From Gammaproteobacteria bacterium (lineage in GTDB: Bacteria; Pseudomonadota; Gammaproteobacteria; UBA4575): a DNA stretch of 64,000 bases. Each line of letters starts with the position of its first letter. Positions within the stretch are counted from its first letter, which is position 1. Of the stretch, positions 28,902-40,948 are shown in pieces. The position numbers and the translations under genes were made by a program. Under the pieces are notes generated by a model. The model saw only the letters and a program-made list of their open reading frames with translations, was not told the DNA's origin and did no database searches. The stretch covers positions 1-64,000 of the forward strand of contig CBDCTA010000029.1 of assembly GCA_965221955.1 (NCBI GenBank). The letters are read 5' to 3'.

Positions 28902-31028
28902 TTAGCGAACTAACTTTAATTGCTCACTAATGATTTTAGGAGTAATAAATACTAATAATTCAGACTTGTTGTTTTCACGCAAAGATGTATTTCTGAAGAG
29001 TACGCCAACAAATGGCAAGATCACCAAAGAATGGTACACGGCTTATTGAGTCGGACTCTATCTTGCTGATATACACCTCCTAAGGACAATAGTTTGTCCA
29101 TTATCGACTAACACATCAGTTTCAACTTCATTCGTGTCAATAGAGGGTATAAAGCCACCAAAGCCTGATGGAACCTCTTCGCCTACACTGTCATTGGTGA
29201 CAACTAAGCTTCATAGATACTCGGTCATCTGGCGTAATTTGTGGAGTGACTTCAAGAGATAGAACCGCCTTCTTGAACTCAACATCTGTTGCACCACTTG
29301 AGGTAGCAGACTGAAAAGGGATTTCAGTACCTTGTTCAATTCTTGCGGTAGTTTGATTCGAGGCTATCACTCGTGGAGTTGATACAACTTCAGCTCTACT
29401 TTCTGCTTGAGCTGCTGATAATTCTAAATCAAGTATTAAGCCTAAAGGTAATTTAGCAAGCGCTAAACCAATACTTCCTGTTGACCCAGCAGCAGGTAAA
29501 TTTACGTTTAGTCTATTGTTAAGAGATATGTTTCCACCACTCAAGGCTTGATCTGTTCCTTCAAGGTTTCCAGCAATAGCATCAAAGTCATCATCACCAG
29601 CAAGATTGCTATCTTGATTTGATATACCAAAGCGTACACCTAAGGATTTACTAAAATCATCGTTAGCAACCACAATACGTGATTCGATTAGTACTTGTTT
29701 AACTGGAATATCTAATTTTTCGATTAAGCGTCTAATTTCATTTAGCTTAATAGCGGTATCTTGAACTAATAAATTATTAGTACGATCATCCACAGTTACG
29801 TTACCTCTTTCTGATAATAACGAGTTATCTGAGGATTTTAATAATGCGGCGAGATCTCCTGCACGCGCATAATTAACTTGAATAAACTCGGAACGTAGTG
29901 GTGCAAGTTCTTGAACTTGCTGTTGAGCTTCGAGCTCCAGTTTTTCGCGCGCCGCAATTTCTTCACTAGGCGCAACGTAGATTACATTACCATTTTCACG
30001 TTTACCAAGGCCTTTAGTTTTTAAAATAATGTCTAGAGCTTGATCCCAAGGTACATTCTTTAAGCGTAGCGTTAAGTTTCCTGATACTGGCGTCGCTAAC
30101 TACCATGTTGAGATTGGTGAAGTCGGCGATCAGCTGTAGCACAGATCTCACTTCAATGTCTTGAAAGTTTAAGGATAATCGCTCGCCCTCGAAAACGTTC
30201 TTTTTGCGTTCTTCGATAATTTCTTCAGGGATCTCTCTTACTTCAACGACGTATTGATTATCAGATTTGGTAAGCAAGATGCTCAAATTCTTTGCTTGCA
30301 TCTGGAGAGATAATCATTTTAGTGTCTGCACCGTCAGCAAAGGTTTCAAATAATTGCACAGGGGTTGCAAAATCCACTACATCCCAACGCTTACTAAGAT
30401 TACTAGGCAATGATGTATTTGCAAAATCGACGTGAATACGGCCACCTTGTTCTCGCAAATTAATGGGTATGTTTGGATTGGATAAATTAATAATAATACG
30501 TCCAGTACCGTCATTTCCTCGACGGAAATCTACATCATTAATACTGTTTCCAGATGAAGGCTTAGATGAAGAGGTTAAGGCAATAGTTTGTGCCACATTT
30601 TCTGAGCTAGAACCAATAGTCAAGATATACGTGTTACCAGAAACTCTTGTTGTATAGTCTTCCATACGGGTTAGATTTACAACAACGCGTGTACGACCTT
30701 TTGCTTCAGCAGTGTTTACGCTTTGTGCTGTACCAATACCTATTTCTTGGAAACGACTAGCTAATGCATTATTTGTGGAGGGGAAATCAAGTGCAATTCT
30801 TGCAGGGTTATCAATAGTGAATGCGAGTGGTTCAGTTGGAGCACTAGAAAATTCTAGTGATAATTGAATTTCATCATTTGGTAGGCTTGCAACTTTAATA
30901 TCTTGTAATGCATTTTGAGCATGTAAAACAGTCGTAAGCATGAACATTGTCAGTATCACAATAGTTCGTAATGCAGTTACCAGTAATTTTTTATGCTGGC
31001 AATTTAAATTATGTAATATTTCGTTCAT
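28902..31028 (-). CDS. pilQ: Type IV pilus secretin PilQ, split by at least six apparent +1 frameshifts
   Basis: AMIN domains, SLNFQDIEVRSVLQ and ELLVFITPKII. Frames rejoin if single bases are deleted near 30268, 30090, 29207, 29083, 29053 and 29020. Confidence 0.9.
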
Positions 31029-31117
31029 GGCATAATGCCCCTTGTGTAAGCTTTCCCTGTTAATATTTTTAATAATTAAAAATTCTATATTCAATTTTGT
31101 AGTTTAAGTGTTTTTTG

Positions 31118-31669
31118 TTACTCACTTAGTCCTATGGCCCCATCGCGTTTTCGCCAGCCACCAAATCCATCTGGAATAATTTCCTCAAGCTTGATCCCTG
31201 CATCTGATACTTCTAGAACTTTTCCATTATTCTGGCCTAAATAGTTTCCGGCTGATATGCGCTGAATAGTTCTTTCAGGAGTTTGAATTAATGCCCACAA
31301 CGTACCACTCTGCTCTAGTGTGCCGACCATGCGTAAGGTATCCAATGGAAAATTTTCTAAAAACTCAGGTGTTCGATTAGGGTCAGGCGATACAGATGAA
31401 TTCGATTTTCTTATGTTTTGTACAATTTTTGCTTGAAAAATAGATGCATCAAATGGGTTGCGCGCGTTACTCGCTTGGTATTTGAAACTTTGATACGGCT
31501 TTACTTCAGGTATAGGGTCTATGCCAGGGGGTTCGCGCGATTTTACCTCTTCGACATAGTCCTCTAAGTCACGCATTTCTCTTCCACAACCAGACAAAAA
31601 CAATGTAGCTGAGACTAGAAGAAGTACCCAAATTACATTTGTTACTCTGTTTAGCTGAGCTCTTATCAT
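31118..31669 (-). CDS. pilP: Type IV pilus lipoprotein PilP
   Basis: Lipobox LSGC; RNPF; LENFPLDTLRMVG; GNYLGQN. Confidence 0.93.
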   Translation of the reverse strand: MIRAQLNRVTNVIWVLLLVSATLFLSGCGREMRDLEDYVEEVKSREPPGIDPIPEVKPYQSFKYQASNARNPFDASIFQAKIVQNIRKSNSSVSPDPNRTPEFLENFPLDTLRMVGTLEQSGTLWALIQTPERTIQRISAGNYLGQNNGKVLEVSDAGIKLEEIIPDGFGGWRKRDGAIGLSE

Positions 31670-32247
31670 TCTTCATCCTCTTCGAGATAACGATAAGTTT
31701 TAGCTATAGCGGTCATTGTCATGTTACTGTCAGTGGGTTTTAAAGATATATTATGCAAAGTAACAATTCGGGGTAGCGCTGCAATTTCACTCGCGAAGGC
31801 GCCGAACTGATGGTAGTCACCTTTCACACGTAAGCTAATCGGTTTTTCAGCATAAAATTCTTTGCGTGATTCTGCCTCAGGCTTAAATAGTTCAATCTCC
31901 AAACCACTTGCAAGGCCTGTTTGTGAGATATCTACAATTAGAGCAGGGATTTCAGTTTTACTGGGCAACTGACGCAATAGAGTCCCAAAAGTGCGACGCA
32001 TTTCCTCGAGCTGAACTTTATATAATTCTAAATTGGCAGCTTTTTCGGCCTTGTTTTCAAAAGTAGTTTTAAGCTCAATTTCTTTTGCTTGAACTCTTTT
32101 TAGGTCTTCTAATTGGTTCTTATGATGCAACCAATAGCCAGCAAACAGGATGGCAATACAAACCAAACCTATTAGTAACACCTTTACCCATAAAGGCGAG
32201 GTCCCAATATTGGTTAGATTAACATTCTTTAGTTCTGCAAAATCCAT
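31666..32247 (-). CDS. pilO: Type IV pilus protein PilO
   Basis: LLRQLPSKTEIP, FYAEKPI and LPRIVTLHN. Confidence 0.94.
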   Translation of the reverse strand: MDFAELKNVNLTNIGTSPLWVKVLLIGLVCIAILFAGYWLHHKNQLEDLKRVQAKEIELKTTFENKAEKAANLELYKVQLEEMRRTFGTLLRQLPSKTEIPALIVDISQTGLASGLEIELFKPEAESRKEFYAEKPISLRVKGDYHQFGAFASEIAALPRIVTLHNISLKPTDSNMTMTAIAKTYRYLEEDEE

Positions 32248-32811
32248 CTATTCTTCTTGCTCTTCAATGTTTGGGTTGATCTGCTGAGCAGTCATATTGA
32301 ATCTACTAATGCGTGCAAGCTCTGTTTCCTTAGTTTCGATCACACCTAAGCTTGGTTTAGCCAACCATTCAGAGTCTTCGATTTTGCGCATATAAGATGA
32401 CACACGCGCATTGGACTCAGCTTGTCCTGATAATTGCAAGTTATTGCCAGACTGTTTAAGACTAGAAAGATGCAAGCCTTCAGGCAATGTTTTCACTAGC
32501 TCATCAAACAAATGCACTACACCAGGACGTGCAGCTTGTAGATTTTGAATTACATCCATACGCTCAATCAGTGCTTGTCTTGTAGAATCTAATTTTTTGA
32601 TTTCTGCAATTTGCCCATCTAATACTTTAATTTCATTGGTAATGAATTGGTTGCGTTTTTCTTGATGTGAAATTCTGCCATTGATTTCAAAATGTGTGAG
32701 CAAAACCACAGCAGCACAAAGTGCACCTGCTAAACCCATTAGAGTAAAAAATTCTTTTTGTTGCTCTCGTCTGCGCGTTTCTCGCCAAGGTAATAAATTA
32801 ATTCTAGCCAT
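32248..32811 (-). CDS. pilN: Type IV pilus protein PilN
   Basis: MARINLLPWRE and AESNARVSSYMR. Confidence 0.95.
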   Translation of the reverse strand: MARINLLPWRETRRREQQKEFFTLMGLAGALCAAVVLLTHFEINGRISHQEKRNQFITNEIKVLDGQIAEIKKLDSTRQALIERMDVIQNLQAARPGVVHLFDELVKTLPEGLHLSSLKQSGNNLQLSGQAESNARVSSYMRKIEDSEWLAKPSLGVIETKETELARISRFNMTAQQINPNIEEQEE

Positions 32812-32825
32812 TACGTTTTATCCCC

Positions 32826-33887
32826 TTAATCAAACGCTCTAAGAGCTAGGCCACATGCGATTAACATCGAAGCGGCATCACTACCTAATGATTGCGGATT
32901 AATTTTGGAGCCAAGTGAAAGATGACTAAAAGGATTTGCGACAGTGGTTTTTATACCAGTTTCGTTAGCAATTTTTTCATCTAATCCAGGAATCGCAGCG
33001 CAGCCCCCCGCCAGTAGCAAATGATCCACGGTTACATGTTGGCTGGCTGAATAATAAAATTGTAAAAAACGGTTCGCTTGTTGTGCTGCAGTATTTTTAA
33101 ATGGCTCAAGTAAATCTGACACATAGTTTTCTGGTAAACCACCTTCTTTCTTGGCCAAGCCTGCTTCTTCAAATGTCAGACCATATTGATGCATAATTTC
33201 TTCGGTGAGCTGTTTACCTCCAAAAGGTTGCTCACGGGTGTACACCATTTTATGGTCATCTAATACATTTAGACTTGTCATGGTGGCACCAATGTCAAGT
33301 ATCGCAACAGTTTTGTCGCGACCGCGATCTTCAATGCCTTCGGTTAAGATGGGGAATACATTTTCTATTGCATAGGCCTCAACGTCCACAACGATAGGCG
33401 TGAGACCGGCTGCTTCTGCTGCTGCTACACGCATATCGACATTTTCACTACGAGATGCAGCAAGTAATACGTCAATTGTTTCTGGATTGTCTTCAGTAGG
33501 ACCTAAGATATCAAAATCTAGGTTGACCTCTTCTAAGGCATAGGGAATATATTGATCAGCCTCTAATTGAATTTGGCCTTCAAGATCTTCTTCGCCTAAA
33601 TTAGCGGGCATAGTAATGACTTTGGTAATTACAGCGGATCCTGCTACTGCTAAACAGCAGTTTTTTGCTTTGGAACTAGACTTCTTCATCACCTGTCTAA
33701 TGCTTTCACCGACGGCATCTACATCTGAGATGACTTTTTCAGTAACCGCATTTGACGGCAGGGGTTCTACGCCATAATGATCTACTCGATAGCCATTACT
33801 CGTCTGAGAAAATTCCATCGCCTTAACCGATGATGAACTAATATCTAGTCCAACAACAGGGCCTTTATTTCTATTGAAAAACAACAC
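32826..33887 (-). CDS. pilM: Type IV pilus protein PilM
   Basis: GLDISSSSVK, EADQYIPY and ACGLALR. Confidence 0.96.
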   Translation of the reverse strand: MLFFNRNKGPVVGLDISSSSVKAMEFSQTSNGYRVDHYGVEPLPSNAVTEKVISDVDAVGESIRQVMKKSSSKAKNCCLAVAGSAVITKVITMPANLGEEDLEGQIQLEADQYIPYALEEVNLDFDILGPTEDNPETIDVLLAASRSENVDMRVAAAEAAGLTPIVVDVEAYAIENVFPILTEGIEDRGRDKTVAILDIGATMTSLNVLDDHKMVYTREQPFGGKQLTEEIMHQYGLTFEEAGLAKKEGGLPENYVSDLLEPFKNTAAQQANRFLQFYYSASQHVTVDHLLLAGGCAAIPGLDEKIANETGIKTTVANPFSHLSLGSKINPQSLGSDAASMLIACGLALRAFD

Positions 33888-34070
33888 TTTGCTAATAAAT
33901 TATTTAAAAATTGCGATGCTTATAGTTGGCTTATGCATATGTATGTTAGAAACTGTTCGTAACTCTATATCAAATAGAGGGTTTAGCAAAATACTTGCTG
34001 AACCGTCCAATTTAGGTTCTGATACCCAGCTCGTAAGATAACTCACTACAACAGTGTTAATTGTAAGCTT

Positions 34071-36594
34071 ATGCCATTGTTTTTAAAGCTATTCCGCCTA
34101 GTATTCATCGGAATTTTCGGGATTTCCGTCGCAGCGAGCATCGTTATACTTGGTGCGTACCTCTATTTCGCGCCGGGTTTTGCCAAGCGTAGATACCTTA
34201 AAAGATGTCGAATTACAGGTACCTCTCAAGGTCTATAGTCGTGATAGCAAGCTTATCGCGGTTTATGGTGAAAAGCGCCGACAGCCTCTCAATATCGAAG
34301 ATTTCCCAACCCCTGTCATCCAGGCCTTTTTGGCTGCTGAAGATGATCGTTTTTATGAACACCCTGGCGTGGATTATCAGGGTTTGCTGCGTGCCGCTGC
34401 TGAATTCATAAAACACAGGGAAATCAGATCCGGTGGCAGTACCATTACTATGCAATTAGCACGCAATTTTTTTCTAGGTAGTGAAAAAAAACTCGTGCGA
34501 AAAATTCGCGAAATATTCCTCGCGCTTGAAATCGAGCATGTTTTAAAACTCAGTAAAGATGAAATCCTGGAGTTGTATTTAAATAAAATTTATTTAGGGA
34601 ATCGGTCTTATGGAGTGGCAGCTGCGGCAGATGTGTATTACGGCCTAAGTGTTGATGAACTAAATTATGCACAGGTGGCGATGATTGCGGGTTTGCCAAA
34701 GGCCCCTTCGAAATTTAATCCCATAATTAATCCAAGCCGTGCATTGGAACGTCGTGCTTATGTGTTGAAAAGAATGTATAAGCTAAAGTTCATTGATCAA
34801 GAAACTTTTGAGAATTCTAATGCTGCACCCGTAACTGCATCCCGACACTATCCTAAAGTTGAAGTGGATGCACCTTACATTGGTGAAATGGTACGTGCGC
34901 ATATTGTCGATAAATACGGGACTACGGACGCTTATAATAAAGGCTTTCGTGTCTATACTACTATCGACACGCGCCTACAGGCAGCCGCAAGAACAGCATT
35001 GGTAAATGGTTTGCGTGCCTATGATCAGCGCCATGGTTATCGTGGCGCCGAGGCCAGGCTTGATACCATTACGACTGAAGTGGATGAAATTGACGTTGAA
35101 AAACTTGATGAAACGTTAAGTGAAATGTTGGAAGTGGGCGGCTTGATTCCGGGTGTCATTACTTCCGTTACCAAAGACGTAATTCATGTCTATATTGGCG
35201 CAGAACAAACAATCGAAATTACATTGAGCAATGCACTCTGGGCGCGGCCATATTTGAATGAAAATGCAGTTGGCGAGGAGCCAAAAGATTTTACAAAATT
35301 ATTTTCGCAAGGAGATGTTATTCGTGTTGCCACAGAAGATTCAAAACAGTGGCACTTGGCCCAACTTCCAAATGTATCAGGTGCATTGGTTTCGGTGGAC
35401 CCACATGACGGTGGAATTATAGCTTTAGTGGGAGGCTTTGATTATTACTACAGCAAATTCAATCGTGCTATCCAAGCGAGACGTCAACCCGGATCGAGTT
35501 TTAAGCCTTTTATTTATTCGGCCGCGCTTGATTCAGGATATACGCCGGCGAGTATTATTAATGATGCGCCTGTAGTGTTTGAAGATGTTGCATTAGAAGA
35601 TACTTGGCGCCCGCAAAACTACAGTGGAAAGTTTTTTGGGCCAACTCGTTTAAGAGTTGCATTATTCAAGTCGCGCAATATGGTTTCGATTCGCTTATTA
35701 AATGATATGGGTCGACGCCATGCGATGCAGCATGTAACCAAATTTGGGTTTGATCGAGAACGTTTGCCTTACGATTTAACACTGGCATTGGGTTCGGGTG
35801 TGGTGACACCATTGGAATTAGCAACCGGGTATACCGTATTTGCAAATGGTGGTTATTTTATCGAGCCTTACTTAATTGAGCGCATCGAAAGTGACAAAGG
35901 TGAAATTTTATATCAGTCAAGCGAACTCTCTTTTTGTGAGTCTGGTTGCGAAACCTTGCAAAATAATTTAGACGAAGAATTCAGTAAAGTAAGTGATATT
36001 CAAATAACAGATAAACAAGTTAACACTACAACAAAAAGCATTGAGCCATCAGAAGAAGACATAAGTGAAGAACGTGTCGCGATGCGGGTGTTAAAAGAAG
36101 AAAATGCTTACCAAATGGTGAGTATGATGAAAGACGTTATTAAACGAGGAACAGGTACAAAAGCGCGTGAATTAGGAAGGGACGATTTAGCTGGCAAAAC
36201 GGGTACTACTAACGAGCAACATGATGCTTGGTTTAGCGGTTTTAATGGCGATGTAGTGGCTACGGCTTGGGTAGGTTTTGATCAAGATCGGCCTTTAGGT
36301 AAACGCGAAGTCGGTGGCACCGCAGCATTACCGATTTGGATGGAGTATATGCGTGTGGCATTGGAGGGTAGGGTTGAAAATACTTTACAAACTCCGCAAG
36401 GAATTGTAACCATGCGTATTGATCCAAAAACGGGCTTGTTGGTAGATCAAGATAGTAACCGCGGTATAGAGGAAACGTTTCGTGTGCAATTTGTACCCAC
36501 GACAAGTGTTGAAATGGATACTCAAATTACTTTCCAGCACGATAATGACGAACCGAGTGGTGATGTAATAGAGATTCCTGAACAATTATTCTAA
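34071..36594 (+). CDS. mrcA: Penicillin-binding protein 1A with an apparent +1 frameshift near 34180
   Basis: EDDRFYEHPG, GGSTITMQLARN, RQPGSSFKP and GKTGT. The N-terminal TM frame from ATG 34071 joins on removing one T. Confidence 0.93.
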
Positions 36595-36633
36595 CTATAA
36601 AATCTTAGAAAGCTTTTATCTTTATAGTAAAAA

Positions 36634-37248
36634 GTGAAAGTCGATAAAAAAACCAATCGTTTTAAAGTTGACCGCTTGAGACAAGCGCTTGCAAATGAAA
36701 CTGCAAAAATTATCACGCTTGAAGGGGTTAAAGATTTTCACCGCGCAAAGATAAAAGCCAGTGAGCGTTTAGGGAATTCTCAATACGGTTCACTGCCAAG
36801 CAATTTCGAAATTGGACAAGCCATTACTTCATTTCAAAATACTTTCCTACCTGAATTCCAAGAAATAATTACGAGCCAACGCCATGTTGCCTTAAAGGTA
36901 ATGCAATGGTTACAAAGTTATACGCCTTTTTTAGTGGGGTCAGTTTTAGAGGGTAATTCTGGTGTGAGTAATCCTGTTAGCCTCCATGTTTCAAGTGACA
37001 CGGTAGAGTGTGTTATAGATACTCTTCAGGATAAAGATGTAAATATAGAAATTACTCAGCGAAGATTAAAATTAAATAATGACTTTGTATTCATACCAAC
37101 GATAAATTTTGAATATCAAAATTTTGAAATAGAAGTGTTGGTGTTTTCTTTGCGTCAACAACATCAACATCCAAAAAGTAAAAGTCAGAATGGTGGTATG
37201 AAAAGGATAAATATAAAGGGCTTGGAGCAATTGCTTGCAGAAAATTAA
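36634..37248 (+). CDS. Conserved hypothetical protein, possible nucleotidyltransferase-like fold
   Basis: AKIKASERLG..LPSN and PFLVGSVLEG. Confidence 0.65.
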   Translation: MKVDKKTNRFKVDRLRQALANETAKIITLEGVKDFHRAKIKASERLGNSQYGSLPSNFEIGQAITSFQNTFLPEFQEIITSQRHVALKVMQWLQSYTPFLVGSVLEGNSGVSNPVSLHVSSDTVECVIDTLQDKDVNIEITQRRLKLNNDFVFIPTINFEYQNFEIEVLVFSLRQQHQHPKSKSQNGGMKRINIKGLEQLLAEN

Positions 37249-37259
37249 ATTAGAACGCT

Positions 37260-38322
37260 TTAATGATAGGCGGGACTAAATTCCTTCACGGCTTCAACCA
37301 AAACGGTGACTTTTTCTGGATCTACATATTGTTGAATACCATGACCTAGGTTTAATACATGACCATTTCCCTTGCCAAATTTATTCAGCACCTTTTTAAC
37401 CTCATCACGAATTACGGCATCACTACCGTATAACACACAAGGATCTAAGTTACCTTGTAAGGCTACTTGGTTGCCGACTTGCGCACGAGCGAGATCAATT
37501 TCCGTAGTCCAATCCAACCCTAGTGCATCACAACCTGTGGCGGCCATTTCATTTAGCCAATTACCTCCACCTTTAGTAAATAAAACAATCGGTATATTTT
37601 TTGCTGAAGACTTGGCTTTAAGTTCTTGCACAATTTTCTGCATTGGAGCAAGGGAATACTGAAGATATTTTTCTTTTGATAGCACTCCACCCCAAGTATC
37701 AAAGATCATTACCGCTTGTGCGCCAGCATCAATTTGCGCTGCTAAATAATTTGTCACCGAATCACTTAATACATTTAATAACTTTTCTAAGGTTTCGGAT
37801 TCTTGGTACAGCATACCTTTTACTTTATGAAATTCTTTGCTGCCTTTACCTCTCGACCATATAAGTTGCTAATGTCCAGGGGCTACCTGAAAAACCAATC
37901 AATGGCACACGGCCATCAAGCTCTTTACGGATTAAGCGGACTGCATCCATCACATAACTCAATTCATTAACAGGAGTTAGAGTGCTTATGCGTTCTACAT
38001 CAGACATGCAAGTGATAGGCGTTTTAAAGCTTGGTCCTTCACCTTCACTAAACTGCAAACCTAAACCTAAAGCATCCGGAATCGTTAGGATATCTGAAAA
38101 TAAAATTGCCGCATCTAATTCATAACGGTCAATCGGTTGCATAGTGACCTCACACGCCAACTCTGGAGTTTTGCATAAAGCTAAAAAATCACCAGCGCGT
38201 TTTCGTGTGGCACGATATTCAGGTAGATAGCGGCCTGCCTGGCGCATGATCCACATAGGTGTTCGTTCTACAGGTTTGCGTAGCAATGCACGTAGAAAGA
38301 GGTCATTTTTTAAATCTGACAT
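37260..38322 (-). CDS. hemE: Uroporphyrinogen decarboxylase with an apparent +1 frameshift near 37852
   Basis: [23 protein letters not shown] and NLGHGI, split over two ORFs. Confidence 0.95.
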
Positions 38323-38398
38323 GATTAAGAGATTAGAAGCTTAGCCCTGAAATTGTAAGGGCTACTATATCAATGTTGATGAATAAATTAGAGCTTGC

Positions 38399-38845
38399 TT
38401 AGGATAAGGCAGATTTGATCTTGGCACTAACGGCACCCATATCTGCTCGTCCGGCTAATTTGGGCTTCAATAAACCCATCACTTTACCCATATCTTTAAT
38501 GCTTGTAGCACCTGATTCCGATAGTGCATCCGCAATCAAACTATTAATTTCGGTAGTACTAAGTGCTTCAGGTAAATATTCGCTGATTACTTCTAGTTCC
38601 TGATTTTCTTTATCGACTAAATCTTGTCGACCGGCTTTTTCAAATTGACTAATGGATTCGCGACGTTGTTTTTGCATTTTTGTGAGTGATGCAATGACGT
38701 CATCATCTGTTTGTTCTTTGCGCGTATCTACTTCTTGTTGCTTAATCGCAGAAAGAATAAGGCGGATGGTTTGTAAGCGTGATTTATCACCATTGCGCAT
38801 AGCGGATTTCATGTCTTCGGTAAGTTTGGCCTTGAGACTAGACAT
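38399..38845 (-). CDS. GatB/YqeY domain protein
   Basis: KQRRESISQF and KDMGKVMG..GRADM; lies downstream of rpsU. Confidence 0.93.
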   Translation of the reverse strand: MSSLKAKLTEDMKSAMRNGDKSRLQTIRLILSAIKQQEVDTRKEQTDDDVIASLTKMQKQRRESISQFEKAGRQDLVDKENQELEVISEYLPEALSTTEINSLIADALSESGATSIKDMGKVMGLLKPKLAGRADMGAVSAKIKSALS

Positions 38846-38883
38846 GCTGGGATAGGCACCTGGTGGTGCTAAAAAGTTTTGCT

Positions 38884-39099
38884 CTAGTAAAGACGGCGCC
38901 GGCGTAAGCTAGTACGTGCTACGCGCTTAAGATTACGCTTTACCGCAGCAGCAGCTTTACGCTTACGGATTTCAGTAGGTTTTTCATAGGCTTCACGGCG
39001 ACGTACTTCGGTCACTGTACCTGCTTTTTCACAAGAACGACGAAAGCGTCGTAGTGCGAAATCAAAAGGTTCGTTCTCTTTTACGCGAATACCAGGCAT
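38884..39099 (-). CDS. rpsU: 30S ribosomal protein S21
   Basis: [27 protein letters not shown]...YEKPT. Confidence 0.98.
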   Translation of the reverse strand: MPGIRVKENEPFDFALRRFRRSCEKAGTVTEVRRREAYEKPTEIRKRKAAAAVKRNLKRVARTSLRRRRLY

Positions 39100-39269
39100 A
39101 TGAATAACTGTTCTGCTCAATTAAAAAATGAGCCGCGATTATACAGACGGTACCCCCAATATCAAATTACACCTAAGAGTATGGGCTTGATTATCCAATT
39201 TGGCCCTATAGATAGGTATAAATGCGTTAAATATATGCCAAATTTCTTAATTAACGTGATAATGGCTTA

Positions 39270-40295
39270 ATGCATGTACTAGGAATTGAAACTTCATGTG
39301 ACGAGACGGCAGCAGCCATCCTCAGTGATACGAAGGGACTGCTCGCCAATCAACTCTATTCGCAAACAGCCCTACACAGCCCATATGGTGGGGTGGTGCC
39401 AGAGCTCGCATCGCGTGACCACATTCGCAAATTAGGCCCACTAGTAGAAGAAACACTGTATTCAGCAGGGCTGCAATTGAACCAAGATATTGATGCGATT
39501 GCGTACACCTCGGGTCCAGGCTTAATGGGGGCTTTAATGGTGGGGGCTGGATTTGCGCGCAGTTTAGCTTGGTCAATTGGGAAACCCGCTGTTGCCATTC
39601 ACCATATGGAAGCACATCTTTTGGCACCGCTGATTGAAAATATTGCACCGCAGTTTCCATATGTGGCCTTGTTGGTTTCGGGTGGGCATACATTATTAGT
39701 ACAAATTAATGCCATCGGTAATTATAAGATTTTGGGTGAGAGTATTGATGATGCCGTGGGTGAAGCCTTTGATAAGGCAGCACAAATGCTGGGGCTACCT
39801 TATCCAGGTGGTCCGGAGATTGCGCGCCTAGCTTTGCAAGGAGATCCACAACGGTTTTCATTTCCTAGACCGATGACGGATCGACCAGGATTAGATTTCA
39901 GTTTTAGTGGAATAAAAACGCATGTATTAAATACACTAAAACAACTTCCTAAAGTAGATGAACAAACACGTGCAGATGTGGCTTGTGCATTTGAAGACGC
40001 TATCGTTGATACATTGAGAATTAAATCTTTAAGAGCGCTAGAACAAAGCCAAGCTAAGACATTAGTGGTTGCGGGAGGTGTAGGTGCGAATAAAAAATTG
40101 CGGCAACAATTAAAGTTAAAACTTAAACAAAAAGGTTTAGAAGTTTTTTATCCCGCACCTGAATTTTGTACGGATAACGCTGCGATGGTAGCGCAACTAG
40201 GATTGCTTAGGTTAGATAAAATTCGTTCAGAGACTAGTTCTTTATCAGAACTAGCAATCCATGTTCACCCACGCTGGTCCTTAGAAAATATATAA
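39270..40295 (+). CDS. tsaD: tRNA threonylcarbamoyltransferase TsaD
   Basis: [21 protein letters not shown] and CTDNAAM. Confidence 0.98.
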   Translation: MHVLGIETSCDETAAAILSDTKGLLANQLYSQTALHSPYGGVVPELASRDHIRKLGPLVEETLYSAGLQLNQDIDAIAYTSGPGLMGALMVGAGFARSLAWSIGKPAVAIHHMEAHLLAPLIENIAPQFPYVALLVSGGHTLLVQINAIGNYKILGESIDDAVGEAFDKAAQMLGLPYPGGPEIARLALQGDPQRFSFPRPMTDRPGLDFSFSGIKTHVLNTLKQLPKVDEQTRADVACAFEDAIVDTLRIKSLRALEQSQAKTLVVAGGVGANKKLRQQLKLKLKQKGLEVFYPAPEFCTDNAAMVAQLGLLRLDKIRSETSSLSELAIHVHPRWSLENI

Positions 40296-40321
40296 AAAAT
40301 AGTTTCAAAACTCTATCGCTG

Positions 40322-40942
40322 TTATTTTTTTGCCCCAATTCGTGATTCATTTCCGGATAATAAATTTTTAATATTTTCACGGTGTCGCCAAAATACAAAT
40401 ACAGTAATAACCGCAATTGCAGCAACAATTAAAAAATTATTTTCACGATAAGCTGTCCAGCTCTCCATTGTGAACCAACTTGTTCCCAGTGTTATCAGAG
40501 TGGCTACGAGTGCCGCAAGAGAAGAGTATCGAAACAGCAGAGCAACGAATAACCAAAGTGAGATCCAAATGATTGCTAAAAACCAATCGAATCCAAATAA
40601 CACGCCCAAAGTCGTTGCTACACCTTTGCCGCCTTGAAATCGGTAATACAATGGGTACATATGTCCGAGTAATGCAGCGATTCCAGTTGCGGCTACAAGC
40701 ATTGTGTTTGCTGTTAATAGCTCAACCAGCAACACGGGTAGCAAGCCTTTGAGTAAATCACCCATTAAAGTAATCGCAGCAGCTAATTTATTGCCGGTGC
40801 GTAACACATTGGTTGCTCCAGGATTACCCGAGCCTAAACTTCGCGGGTCAGGTAAACTAAACACTTTGCTGACAATGATGGCGCTATTAATCGAACCTAA
40901 TAAATAAGCGCCTAAAACATATAAAATTTGTAAGCTGTCCAT
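40322..40942 (-). CDS. plsY: Glycerol-3-phosphate acyltransferase PlsY
   Basis: GSGNPGATNVLR, GGKGVAT and HRENI. Confidence 0.97.
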   Translation of the reverse strand: MDSLQILYVLGAYLLGSINSAIIVSKVFSLPDPRSLGSGNPGATNVLRTGNKLAAAITLMGDLLKGLLPVLLVELLTANTMLVAATGIAALLGHMYPLYYRFQGGKGVATTLGVLFGFDWFLAIIWISLWLFVALLFRYSSLAALVATLITLGTSWFTMESWTAYRENNFLIVAAIAVITVFVFWRHRENIKNLLSGNESRIGAKK

Positions 40943-40948
40943 AACACC

